This document shows positions 39,738-51,954 of a stretch of DNA of 64,000 nucleotides, one piece after another. Both the position numbers and the translations under genes were made by a program. The notes under the pieces were generated by a model that saw only the letters and a program-made list of their open reading frames with translations, was not told the origin of the DNA and searched no databases. The stretch's first letter is position 1. Every line of letters begins with the position of its first letter. Source of the stretch: Psilocybe cubensis (taxonomy: Eukaryota); assembly GCA_017499595.2 (NCBI GenBank), contig CM039006.1, forward strand, positions 558,001 to 622,000, read 5' to 3'.

Positions 39738-40412
39738 GGCGAATTAGTTTACAGCACAGCGTATCTGATTAATTAATGGTAATTAGAGTTTCGGTTCGAA
39801 TTGTTGTGCGACGTGGAATGACGCGTCAAGCTATGTGGAAGGTATCCCGAGGTGAAAACTGAAATAGTAACCAAACGGTAACAGACGGGAACACAGCAAG
39901 GTAATCTGTCACATCATATGCCGGGTCAGCCAAAAATGTCACGGGTAGCACTTTACAAGTGCCCTGCACCAAAATTAAAATATAAGATTGATTTCCAGCT
40001 AAATCAGATAGGTATTTACGCTACATGATCTGACTAATTGAGTTGCAGCATGTCTTTTAGTTTAACTAGAAGAACTTCAACTATTTTGTTTTCCAGTTAA
40101 TATATGACAATTTCCTACAATTAATTTGAGTATCAACAGATTCAGAGATACGCTACCGGTGACTGCAAAATCAAGAAAGCATACCTCCATGCCAACAACA
40201 ACCTGCAGCCAATCATGTTAATTTTACTCTTCGTTGTTCGATGGGTAGGCGCAAGGCCACGATTGGCTCATGCTGTCTGACTTTTAATCAGGCAAGGTTC
40301 GGCAAACTTCGCCAATGCCTCCGCAAAGTCCAACCAAAGTTCGACGCAAGCTCAACTCCTAGCAGACTTCTTGTAGTTATAAGACATTACCTTGAAAAAG
40401 CCCTATTTTATT

Positions 40413-43184
40413 ATGGAGGTGAGACTTACTTCATGTGTATGCTATTGAAGCTGCTAAATTATGTTAGTCACCTCCCCTCAAAGTCACATTTTCTTTCAAG
40501 GCAGGACAAGGTGGTTCTGGCGATCCAGAGCGTCGGGAGTTCTGGGACTCCCCTGATACCATCGAATGGTTTAAGATCCGAGGATACACTCTGTACCAGC
40601 GTGGATACGCTACCTATTCGACGGGGGCAACATTGCCAACGGACTCGTCGTATCCTGTCTCCCCGCCGGAGTCCGACAGCGAATTTGTTGATGTCGAGTA
40701 TCCATATTCATCGTACGACATTACGTTCAATGTCAGGAAGGGTTGCCCACCTCTATGGCTGTCCATTTGCACATTTAATACCAATCATTAAACTTTTTGT
40801 CCCATACATATAGAGAACAGTTTTATACGATCCCCACTATATATATTAATGTCTCACTCATAGAGAGCTAGTTTCCGAGCATAGAGGAAATCATCCCGAT
40901 AATTGTATTTACAGAATCTTCAACTTTAATGAATGGTACATACATATATACATCTCACCCCTATATATGACATCCCGTACCATACTTTGTAATCCCCTCC
41001 CCATATATCTAACATTTTTTCCAAAGACATAGAGTTGTCGAGATGACTACCCTGCGTGCCGGCACTGCCGAATCCGTGTGGGAATTATATTTGTACCCCG
41101 CTTTGGGGTGGATAGCTACTCCTGAAGCAGCTAGGGGAATACTTTAAGTTCAGATATGCATTAAAAATTTCGAGTTTGATGATGAAACACAAAATTTGTG
41201 CGTATAGCTGACCCTGAGTAGATTGACCACCTATAACCTCAACTTCAGGTGTATTTAACCTTAACCAAACTTAACATATCTGCTACTGGCTGTTATCACA
41301 GCGCTTGGCTCAGAAAAAACACTCAATAATGCTGTATTTAGCTTACATTATAGCATTCACAATCGGTTAGTATTTGAAACTGTGTCAGTGCTTACTCTGC
41401 CTGTGTCAAGGTGAAAAAACAGCAATGTGCTGTGATTCGTCTGGCTGATTGCCGAGATATGCCGAATTCGCACGAAGGCAAGCTTGCCACGGCAGGAACG
41501 AATGCCGAAAATCACCTGTATTTCTTCGGGACGACGACAGGTAAAATCTAAGATTGCCGGAACCAGTAGATATATGTGGGGGAGCAAAAAATGTATGAAA
41601 CGGCATGGGTTTCCTATGTAAGGGATTCTAATATATATATATGTGGGCTCCAAAACTATATGTATGGTACTCAAAGTTGTACCTAAGGTTGCAATATACA
41701 AATGTGTGGATATGAGATCTTTATGATTGGAAGCCTTTTCTCTATCTTCGGACACCATAAGATATAGTTATTGGAAGACTTAGTCCAAGACTTCTAAATA
41801 TGGGACAAAAAGTTTAATGATTGGTATTAAATGTGCAAACGGACAGCCATACACCTCAACCTCCCCTTGGCGCCCGTGAGATGACTGTGAGTACAACTAG
41901 AGTTGCTGCCTCTCAATTAACGAAACCAATTCAAATAGGGAAAAATTGTGTTTGCACAAGACACGCATAAGCGACATGTTGCGATTAAAATTGTGCATGC
42001 TGACACGGACGAGTATCGTGTGCTACGATTTTTGAGCCAACAGAACCTCGAGGTGTTGAAGGAGAACTGCATCCTTCCTGTCCTGGAATTGCTACCCAAT
42101 GATGGATTCTGGTTTGCTGTTATGCCGAGGTAGGCCGTTCCTTGACCTATACCCCACTCCCACCTGATGAATGGTTTTGACTTTGAGATGGGGGCCGGAT
42201 CTTTTTCGTCCTTCCTTTACCTATAGGTTCGAAATCATTGATATCATGCATTCATGCTTGAAGGTGCGTTAAATTCCCGCCACCTCATTTTATTCATTTT
42301 TCTAATATACAACATAGGGATTAAGCTATCTTCACGAACATAATATCGTTCATGGGGTACGTTTTGTTCAATTCTGATAATCCGGATGAACCATGTACTA
42401 ACACCAACACCAGGACATCAGGTTTGAGAACGTGTTGTTAAGCCATTTTTCTAACATGTCAAATGAAGATTTCAAAGTTATAAATGTATGGTGTAAAGAG
42501 CGTCGAGAGGATAGGCTAATCCGATACGCCCTCTGCGACTACGATATCTCGATTATGTTTCCGCCTACAGCGAATAAAAAGGAATGCCGACTCCCCCATT
42601 ACGAGTCCTGGGGCACGTTCAATCTAAGCTACGATACAGCAGGTGGGGAGTACGACTATGATCCGTTTGCCTTGGATGTGGGTGGGCTTGGTGTACAATT
42701 TGCTCAGAGATTTGGCGTAGGTTTTGTTTCATTTCGCGTATTATTAAATGAGATTGTTGAACAATAATTTGATCTCTAGCTTTTAGCAGCCAAGATTCAC
42801 TTTCTGGCACCATTGATCGATAAGATGACAACATGGGATATCAGTCAACGATTCACGGCATCGGAGGCTCTCATATTTTTTGAAGAACGTCTAGCGGAAG
42901 TTCCAGAAGAGGAACTCCGTGATTACATCGGAGCTATTAGCCCCCGTAAGGCCTATTTAGAATGGGACATATGGGCTCGTGTTCCTGCAGAAGTTGCAGA
43001 AGAATGGAAATCATACAGGACCCCACCCATCCCTTGGCATCTACAAACATTCCGCTTCTTGGACCGACACTTGTCAAGATTGAACCCCTATATCCTCCCT
43101 AAGACCCGGTTCTACCTCTCGTGTCTGTCATCTGTTTTTAAAACAGTTTACAGTTTTGTTTTCTCCTCGAAAATTGCCATTTAA
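40413..43184 (+). pseudogene. Protein kinase-like paralogue K4 (recent inverted copy of K1) interrupted in exon 2 by a TIR element
   Basis: Near-identical to the reverse complement of 9235-10902; the codons for RKGCPP|QPPLG are split by a 1098-bp insertion that stops the frame. Confidence 0.85.
40754..41851. mobile_element. 1098-bp non-autonomous DNA transposon, 53-bp TIRs, 6-bp TSD CACCTC
   Basis: TIR TATGGCTGTCC(A/G)TTTGCACATTTAATACCAATCATTAAACTTTTTGTCCCATA at both ends (1 mismatch); CACCTC at 40748-40753 and 41852-41857; empty site visible in K1; no transposase recognised. Confidence 0.92.
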
Positions 43185-43808
43185 TACAGATAATCATCAC
43201 CTAATGTTTTAAAAGCCTCGTTCAATTTCTTCATGTCCATATTATATTCCTAATTTGCATTGGCAATCCATTGGGCTGGGATACGTTTGGTTTCCTCTGC
43301 CATCTCCAGATTTAACTCAGATAATTATGTCAAACATTCATTATGTTGATAGAAATCATTGGCTGTTCTGGTGGGTCGAAAAGAAAGGTGTAAAAGGTGT
43401 CCCGAAACAGTATGCACAGAGCGTTATAAGTCGATATGCCGCAGGTGGGCTGGCTATGCAGACCATGCCAGTGTGCGCACGGAAGACTCTCATATTATTC
43501 TTTTTTCAATTTCTTTGGCCCAATCACCAATTGGAAAATTTGACATTAACAGCACCATTCATTACTCCGACTCATCTCCGAGACTCTGCGAGCAGGAGCA
43601 GCCTCTGGTACTACGAAGACAAATATATTCATTTATAGAATCCCACCAGCCAAGCGGATACCTTTGACCGGAATACGAAGGACATCAGACAAGCGAAAAA
43701 TCGCCGAACCAGCGAAATCTTTGATGAAACGTAAAAATGACGGAACAAAAGTAAACTACAGTTTTAGCGATGAAGTAGACACATCCAGATGAATAATTAG
43801 ATATGATG

Positions 43809-45439
43809 TTACGACCGAAATTGAAGCTTGCAGTAAAGTTTGAACACCATGGACATAACGCCCGCAACAAATCGCCGGGTCTGAGGTATGATGTGGAGAT
43901 TATATTGTGCTGAGTGTCCGTATATGGCACGAAGGGTTTTCAGATGCCAGGGAATGGGCGGCGTCCTATACACCTTCCACTTTTCCATCAAGGCCGGAGG
44001 CATCTGTCGCCACCTGTTATAAGTCGAGTAATTTTCGTAATGGATGCTTCCGGAAATTTCAACTTCTAGCTCCTTCTGCGTCATCTCGGAAAGGCTTTGC
44101 TCAAAGAATTTCAAAGCTTCAGCCGCAGTAAACCGTCGTTTAAGATCCCAGGTTGTCATCATATCTAGCAGAGGTGCTAAGACAGGAAGATACTTTGTGC
44201 GACACTATAATCATACTCTTTAGCGCCAGCACTATATAGAAGTAAACACAGAATAGTGTACCTGATATTCAAAACACAATGAAACACCCAAAGCCCCCAC
44301 ATCACCAACGAATGGGCTATAATCGTGTTCCCCAGCAGCCGTGTCATTACTTACGTTGTTTGTACCCAAAAATCGTTGGTAAGGCAATCGAAATTTAGTC
44401 CTATCAGCGTCTGGTGCCAGCATGACTGAAAAGTCAAAGTCAATGAGGGCGTACAACAGGCGCCTTTCGGTGCGCAGTTTACTACGCCGATGGTACCCTC
44501 TCGGTGGTAATCGTGAATCTGCAAAATGGTTCACTACAACGTTCGCATCCCTAATGTCCTGTTAAAAGTATGTCAAAAATCTAGAAATTGAGCTTGAATT
44601 GCTTTAAAGCTAACCCCATGCGAGATGTTATTATCATGGAGATAGGCTAGACTCTGTCATATAGCTAGGTTAGCAAGGTCGCCACCAGTATATCATTCAA
44701 ATATACCTTGAGTCTCGAATAAATGATATCGACAATCTCATACACATACCGTGGATTTGGCTGATAAATACCAATGCCCCATCTGCAAGCCACTTTGAGA
44801 ACATACCAAAGTTGTTAAAGCAAACCAAGCTTACCTTGGCATCACCGCGAGCCAGAACCCCTCTATTGGTAGGAGATCCAGTACAGGAATAACACAGTTC
44901 TCCTTCAACGTATCCATACTTTGCTCGCTCAAAAACCGCAGTACTCGATACTCGTCTGTGTTGTCTGGCACAAGCTTGATTACAACATGTCGTTTCAGGG
45001 AGTCCTGAGCATATAGAATTTTTCCCTAGAGATGTAATATTAGAAGATTATAATGATAGTTTACAACATCCACCTACAGATGTATCAACACCAGATAGAG
45101 GTGGGTCTGTTTGGTATACCTCTGGAAGATCCGTCGTATCCATATCATGGTGAGCATATGGGAAATCGGCTTCAACAGGTCCACTTTGAGGGTCTGGTGG
45201 GAAGATGGGAAACGTGGCTAATTCTTCGCCGCTGTAAACGCTGCGCTTGTATAGGGTATAACCGTGATCCTTGAACCATTTGACCACGTCGGGAGAGTCC
45301 CAGAAAGCAAATCGCTCCAATTCATCGACTTCAACGCCTTGTTCAAATGAAAAGGGAATCGTGAGCCCCGAAGACTGTTATCCATTGTTTCATGAAACTG
45401 TTCCATGTACCAATTATCATAAGGGAAACTTACCACCAT
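43809..45439 (-). CDS. Protein kinase-like paralogue K5 (direct duplicate of K3, apparently intact)
   Basis: Same exon structure and motifs as K3 (HVVIK, HG|DIRDAN, DFDFS); lacks the MITE. Confidence 0.85.
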
Positions 45440-46007
45440 GGCGAATTAGTTTACAGCACAGCGTATCTGATTAATTAATGGTAATTAGAGTTTCGGTTCG
45501 AATTGTTGTGCGACGTGGAATGACGCGTCAAGCTATGTGAAAGGTATCCCGAGGTGAAAACTGAAATAGTAACCAAACGGTAACAGACGGGAACACGAAG
45601 TTGTTTAGTCGCACCAGCAAGGTAACCTGTCACATCATATGCCGACGGGTCAGCCAAAAATGTCACGGGTAGCACTTTTTACACCCTCTTTTTGACTCTC
45701 CAAGCCCTTCTCCCTTCTCCCCCATTCTCAGACAGATTCAAAGATGTTACAAACTATGCCTATCCGATAAACACCCCTTCAAGAGGCAGCGGGAAGTCGG
45801 CACGTATACTACATAAAAATAGCGTCCGGTATTCGAGCTAGCCAGCAGGTTCCCAACTCACTTCTCACAAGCAAGAAAGAAGTATGATTATGGCTAATTA
45901 TAATGCCATTTATAACACACGTACAAGCGTATGATATCTTCAATCCCTAACTTACCCACCCATGTTTCTCTCGACGCAGTAACCGGGCCCACTTCATTGT
46001 CACCATC

Positions 46008-48226
46008 ATGACAGTAGGCGCTACACCACCGACGCACGTAAAACTAAAATTATGCACGATTTGCCAAACGGAACTCGAGTTTAGCGATGGGTGGCTTGGT
46101 ATATGTTGCTATTGTGCTTCCCTGCCGCCATCACCGCCACCCTCCCTCACAGATGTTGAGTTCATTATGATTCAAGCGGAAGAGTAAGTAGCAATATTCA
46201 ACAAATTCTTTCATCAATTATACAACAAAGGATGCTGTTAGGCAACAAATGGCTTACTACCTTATACCGGAAGCGGGCAAGCGGAAAGTGGATGTTTCAT
46301 CGAGGTCATGTTCACACACGACATGGGACTCTCTGTCTGCTGATTCTTATACCACTGCCGCTGTTAGCGCTCATAGGCACAAGCCATCTGATTTAGGCCC
46401 ACGGCACGACTTGACTTCTATGAGCGGGTTGCCCATGTGGAGGCCTTTCACCAGAACGTTCTATACCCCAAAAAGGTAAGCATACCCTACTCTACGACTC
46501 AAATGGCATAGATCTCCCGCTTTTTTATTTTATGAATTTGTCAACTCATCTCTCAACAGCATTGATACGCAGGCAAACTCCCACTCGGAACCAGCAAATG
46601 CTCATGCACCTACATACAGCTCAAAAATACACCGTCTTTCTTCTGCACTCGTACGATGATCTAGCTTTCTTCTTCTTTGATGGGGCATATATACTAACTT
46701 TTGTTGTATTATTTGTACGTGTCTGTAGCCATCAGCTTTGACTGAATTAACGAATAGCTCAGTACCGACTTCTTCATTGTTCACCCATGTAACAACCGAA
46801 GACGAAAGGCGACGCTTTCAGCTGGCCCAAGCTGCGGTTGCTCAAAATAAGCGCGTTAATTTACCCCAGCCAGTGAAGACCGTGGTCAATGATCAGGGCC
46901 CCATGGTATCAACCGAATCGGAAGAGGTGCCAGTCAATACTGTCGGCGGGGGCTCGAGCCATGCGAGGAACAACTCCGATCTCAAGCCTTTGTCCAAAAG
47001 CGGTGGCTTGAAGTCCTCCTGCCCCGCACTCTTCACAGATGACACCAGCCGTTTTCTAGAAGCAATTTCACCGAAGCCAGTCAATCCGGTGCATGTGACG
47101 TTTGCAGACCATCCATATCCACCCCGTCTTCCAGCGAAAAGTGCGCCAATTGTGCCCAAGTCATCCTTCATTAGGTTACGCCCTGAGTTGCGTGGTCAAT
47201 CATCTGCTGTTGCACCTCCGCCTCCACCGTTGGTTCAGGCCTCTGCAGGCGGGAACAACATTGTGACACATTCGAAGGAGACGGAATTGCTAGGGCGGCA
47301 GTATGAGACGCACAGCACAAGCGAGTGCCCTCATCCAGCTGCGAACCGGTCATGCACCACTCAACTCTCACCTCAGCAAGTTCGACAGAAACTTCAGCAA
47401 ACACTGCCCAAAGTGCCGGGAGCGAAGGGGAGGGGCACGAGCGACAGAGACCGTGGAACACTTCGTTTTTGAATGTGCTGCACATCGAGAGGTAAGAGAG
47501 GAGATGTGGAAAGAAATCGGATACAAAGCAACAACCTTGGAAGAACTCACGACGAAGACGAAACAAGCAAGAGCACTGGCGCGTTACATTGCAAGGACGA
47601 AACGTTTACGATACTACAAGGAGGATATACTGTTAAGAGGGATAGAGGAGGTCGACAGAGAGTGAAGAGAAGGAACAACACGAACCAAGACGCCACAGGT
47701 TGGCGCAAAGGAAGAAGAGAGCAACGAAGAAGACGTAAAAGGGAAGAGAAAACTCACCGACAAAAACGCTGGAGGTGGTGCACTAAACGACCAATGGAAA
47801 GGCCGGATCCAGCAGGGGGACGTGAGGGCCCTCCGGGAAGCAAGTGCAAACCTAGGATAGCGTAAGAGGCTCAGGGAGCCGATAGGTAGATAAGTAGTAC
47901 AAGGCCAAGGGAGGGGCCCTCCCCTCAGAGGCAATAACATAAAACAAAACAAAAAAAAAAAAAAAAATGAGACGCACATGGAGAACCTGTCCAGATCTAC
48001 ATCCACGCCTGCGTCTACTGCTTTGGAGCAGAAAAATCAGACCCAGCAAGCAAGAGAAGCGGGAAAGCGTACTGAAAAATATTCAAGGAGGTTCATGCGG
48101 AAAAAGTTCAAGACACAACCAACAATCTCAGTGCCCAGCGTCTCCCGATCCTCGGTGAGTGTAACCGTGAACCCAAACTCACTGGATGATCCCGTCGCCG
48201 GTTGTAATGTCTCTAATATTCAATGA
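46008..48226 (+). pseudogene. Hypothetical Cys4-motif protein (family Z, copy Z2) disrupted by a LINE insertion; start uncertain
   Basis: KLCTICQTELEFSDGWLGICCYCASLPPSPP..|QQMAYYLIPEA..SMSGLPMWR..KR|; the long exon ..GRQYETH resumes in frame as MENLSRSTST.. after the LINE is removed. Confidence 0.6.
47315..47966 (+). mobile_element. 5'-truncated non-LTR retrotransposon (Tad1-like ORF2 3' end, 3'UTR, poly(A)) with 12-bp TSD
   Basis: QASALIQLRTGHAPLNSHL..CPKC..ETVEHFVFEC; A-rich tail ~47941-47966; ATGAGACGCACA at 47303-47314 and 47967-47978. Confidence 0.9.
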
Positions 48227-48898
48227 AAATATCCAAGTCCTAATTGTGTAGCTATAATAAGTAAATGTATTGGAGCTTGGTGGAAGAGAGGCAAGAGACG
48301 ACGGGGATAGAAATCGACGGAAGGCGTGTTCTTATACCCTACCGTATGTGGTCAAACAAGTTCGCAAAGTTCTGGAAAAGGAAATGAGCTTTCCGAATTG
48401 GGTAGGCATCTGTTTCAGTTACTAGGACAAACAACAGACAACTAAAAGAGCAGCTGGCGGCAGCCATAACCTCGCCGTTGTCTCGCACATGCTCGACATA
48501 AACGATTCCTTTGAGCCTGGAGAAAACGGCCGCGATTTCTCCCAATACAACGATGGTCATAAATGGTGTGCACGAATCCGCCTCCTGTAACAAACTTTTA
48601 ACACTATACAGATGACTTTTGTCTATAAGAGTATGATAGAGGCTTAATGATTACCCAACTTCATTCAAATTTACATCGGAATGGTTTACCACGCGAAGTG
48701 GTGCTATGTCAGATTCTGGTGGATATCTTTGATCTTGGTCTAGCATTGAAGAATACTCTATCGCTGCCCAAATCTATACCATTACATTGATTCTGAACAG
48801 TAATCAAATATACGTGCATTAAATTCAAAAAATAAAAATAAAAACAAACGAAATAAAAAGCTCAGAAAAACAGTCTATAAGCATCCAACAAAAACAAA

Positions 48899-50257
48899 TC
48901 ATCCAAAATGCTTCCTCAGCCCATCATAAATCAAGAAAATAATAGCGCTGCTAGGTATACTCCTCGCAACCGTGATCCCACACCCAGCATAGAGCCCCTT
49001 GATCCCCTGTGCACGATACATCGCCATAAACGTCCCACCGAAAGTGGGTTTGGGCGCCGAAGCACCTGCAGGCCTCAGCTCCTCCGCAGTCTGCATCGCA
49101 CTCTTCACCGTATCAGCCGGGAACAGCGCAAAGTTGAACGCCGCTCCCGCACAGGCGCCCGAGAGCGCCGACTCCCATGGGCGGAGTGTCATCGACGTTT
49201 GACCTGATGCGCCCGATGACTCTTCCAGACGCCGCCGTCTAGCCAGGAGGACACCTGCGATGTACTCCTTCGTGCCGAACCATGCTGCTGTTCCGCCTGT
49301 CTCTCGGATGAGAGTTCCTGTTTGTCCCAGCCATAGCCCTCGTAAACCGGTTGTGCGAATGACGGAGAAGAGGATGGAGAATGGGCCTGGTAGGCTGCGG
49401 GGTGTCGCAGGGGAGGCAGTCGCCGGGACGAGCATCTGCACTTGCATTTTACATTTCACCAGTTCAATCGGTGTGCTGTTTATTTAATCAAATCAACTTT
49501 AAGTGAGCATGCGAATCAAACTCTAAAGAAAGAACGGGAATATAAAAGATATGACAGGTGAATGGCACACGTACAGGATAAAGCTGGTTACAGCTCCGGC
49601 ACCTGCTGCTGCAAGTGCTAGGTGGTAAAGTGGGAGCTTCTCGTCAGAAGTACGATTCGTGACGCGGCGGATGACGTTTTGGAATTCGCCATAGGCGACG
49701 AAGAGGGAAGCGTTCTCAGCCATGGCACCTACGACGGGTGCTGGCAGGCCCTACACAATCCAAAGCATATCAGGTTAGAGACAGTACGATCTTGCAATCA
49801 AAAGTAACAATCTCATAACGCGGAACCAAAATAGACACAATGACGACACCGCCAAAATAGAGCAAAAAAAAGAAACAAAAACAACACCAAGGGATAAGAA
49901 AACGACTACGCACCCTATACAGACCCCTAACCCCCTCCTTCTTCCATGTCTGCGTGAGGCAGTCAATAGGACCGCTAAACCTCGCCGTCGAGTCGAGGAC
50001 CTGAGATTGGAGCCGGACTTTCGTCAGGTCAAACGGGTGTTCGAAGACTTTCGACACCATGCCTGCAGCCTGTATGTGGAGTGGAAAGGGATGAGCATCG
50101 TGGCTGTGTTCATGTATGCATGTAGGAAGGCAGGAAACGGGGAGGTGGTGTGATAACACGAAAGACGTACGCTACCGTAGGCAATGTCTTTCACAGCGCG
50201 GATGAGCGTCGACTCGTTGGCTAAACCATCTATCAGCGCGTCTGGGGATGTCTCCAT
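48899..50257 (-). CDS. ORT1: Mitochondrial carrier, ornithine/amino-acid carrier-like
   Basis: Three PX[D/E]XX[K/R] signatures (PFDLTKVRLQ, PIELVKCKMQ, PADTVKSAMQ), plus GAMAENASLF and LIRETGG; 3 introns. The substrate assignment is by recalled similarity. Confidence 0.85.
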
Positions 50258-51090
50258 TGTTATTGGGGTATATCAATATGCGTAAGGGTGTTCTAGTGGA
50301 GATTGGTTTTCTTCGAGCCTGCAGAGGTTGGCCTAGGTTTGCTGGCGTTGGCTAAGATATGTAGAGCCCGATTTCCTTGAAGTGGAAAAGAGATCGAAAA
50401 GGTTAGATGTCGTGGGTCGCCGAAGTAGTCCTTAGAACATCGTCTGTGGTATCCTAGCTATATACAAAGGGAATGACAGCACAAAAGATGTGCAAGGTGC
50501 TATGCAATGCGAGCCGTTCGGAATTTCGAGGTTGTACGTAAAATGCTGTGGAGGTTCGTATTTGTATTCGGTTCCGAAGAACGACCAATGGACGTACAGA
50601 GTAGGATCCCTTCGTCAACCAGCACCGTTGAAGGAATAAAAGTCTTCTAAAGCTACAAGAGAGGAGACAGGGACGAACACTCGGAGCATAGCATGGCAAA
50701 CATCGACATGTCGGACCTTGCACCTTCTGGTCAGGCAAAGCACTTTTCACGCGCGTTGTTGATCGCACGTGGCTACCATCTTATCAGTTCCGATATCTTC
50801 CTGATTTGTTTTATCAGATAATGCTTTCATCCTTGGCGCTACTTTGCCCCTATTGGCAGGGAAGGAGGACCATGCTGCTTGACGAGTTGATACAGAGAAA
50901 TAATATTTGAATGTCATTTACTCTGAGTCTCTTACACTATCTTACAGCGCAAAAGACCTTGAGCGTATTTCGAAGGTTTTGGTCGTTTATAGAGGAGTTT
51001 TCACGCCGAGGGGAAACTGCGCGTTCTTGGTATAGATACCCAAGGGATTCGGAATGGCCTGATTCCAGACGCTTCAATCAGCAAGTTAGA

Positions 51091-51954
51091 TCAAGCTCTT
51101 CTTCTCCACACAACAAGCCTCTCCTTGTCTACATGTGAAGGCGAAGAGACCTCTGGAATTTTATCCAATAGCTTCTCAAAGTTGTCCGAGAGCAATTCCT
51201 CGTAGTGCTCTGGTCTGATATAATATGGGGGGCCATCAGGGGTGTAGCTTAGCATCGGAAAAACAATCACGATGAGATGTCCTCCTGGCTTGACGAGCTT
51301 CGACATCTGACTTCCCCACGCCTTACGCGTCGAGGGTGGAATAGCGCAAAAGAATCTGAGTGACATTCGCTTCATTCCATCGCCATGCAAAACAATCAAG
51401 ACTTACGTATGGTCATACACCAGGTCAAACCTTTCGTTCTCCGGAGGGTCAAACGTGAAGAAGTCCTGGTTACTGATACTGGCTGAAATCTTGGGATTTA
51501 CAGATTTGGCTTCATCAATCAACCTAATATCCAGCCAATGTGTTTGCTTCACGATCAAACTTCAAAAACAAGTAACACGACGCACTTATTTGCTCGCTTG
51601 AGTGCAGTTTCAGCAATCTCCAACCCAAGGACGCTCAGACCAGTCGCCTGTGCGATGTAGGTGAGATCGTATCCAGACCCACATCCCGGAACCAACGCCC
51701 TTCCTGTCTTTGGAAATTCCAATCCGCTTTTCTCGACTGCTTCCTTGAGCGACGGCTGCGCCTCGCCAGCGTCCCAAGGGGTAACGCCTTTCTGCCTTGA
51801 GTGTCAAAGATTAGCGATGAAGGAGACTTTCACGAAGATAAGTGACAATTCAAAGAAAACTGGATTCCCACCAAGCTGTTTCCCAAGTCGACTGATCATC
51901 CGGTTTAACGATGTGTTTGGGCTGAAGAGGTTGGTCTGGTCCAGGTTGTGACAT
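51091..51954 (-). CDS. SAM-dependent thiol/halide methyltransferase (TPMT/HOL-like)
   Basis: WETAW..VTPWDAGEAQPSL, RALVPGCGSGYD, GLEIA, DFF, FDLVYDHTFFCAIPPSTRKAWG, GPPY; multi-exon. Confidence 0.85.

Larger units (their letters stand above)
40148..43240. repeat. Inverted segmental duplicate of ~9180-11205 (K1, K1/K2 intergenic region, K2 first exon)
   Basis: 40148-40240 is the reverse complement of ~11110-11205, including K2's ATGGAG|GTATGC; similarity runs through K4 to just past its stop. Confidence 0.9.
37773..45677. repeat. Direct segmental duplication: ~37773-39954 and ~43680-45677 (K3/K5 units)
   Basis: Collinear near-identity including introns, 5' and 3' flanks; e.g. 39081-39359 versus 44783-45061 read as identical. 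Confidence 0.9.

Noticed and set aside
41357-41758. 133-aa ORF inside the TIR element as a transposase
   Set aside because: No DDE, zinc-finger or HTH-like motif recognisable; composition looks like a chance ORF.
43255-43667. ORFs between K4 and K5
   Set aside because: No recognisable homology or splice structure; may be another captured fragment but unsupported.
48899-51954. Methyltransferase, carrier and kinases as a secondary-metabolite cluster (e.g. psilocybin-like)
   Set aside because: The methyltransferase is TPMT/thiol type, and no decarboxylase, P450, PKS, NRPS or terpene synthase is present in the window.
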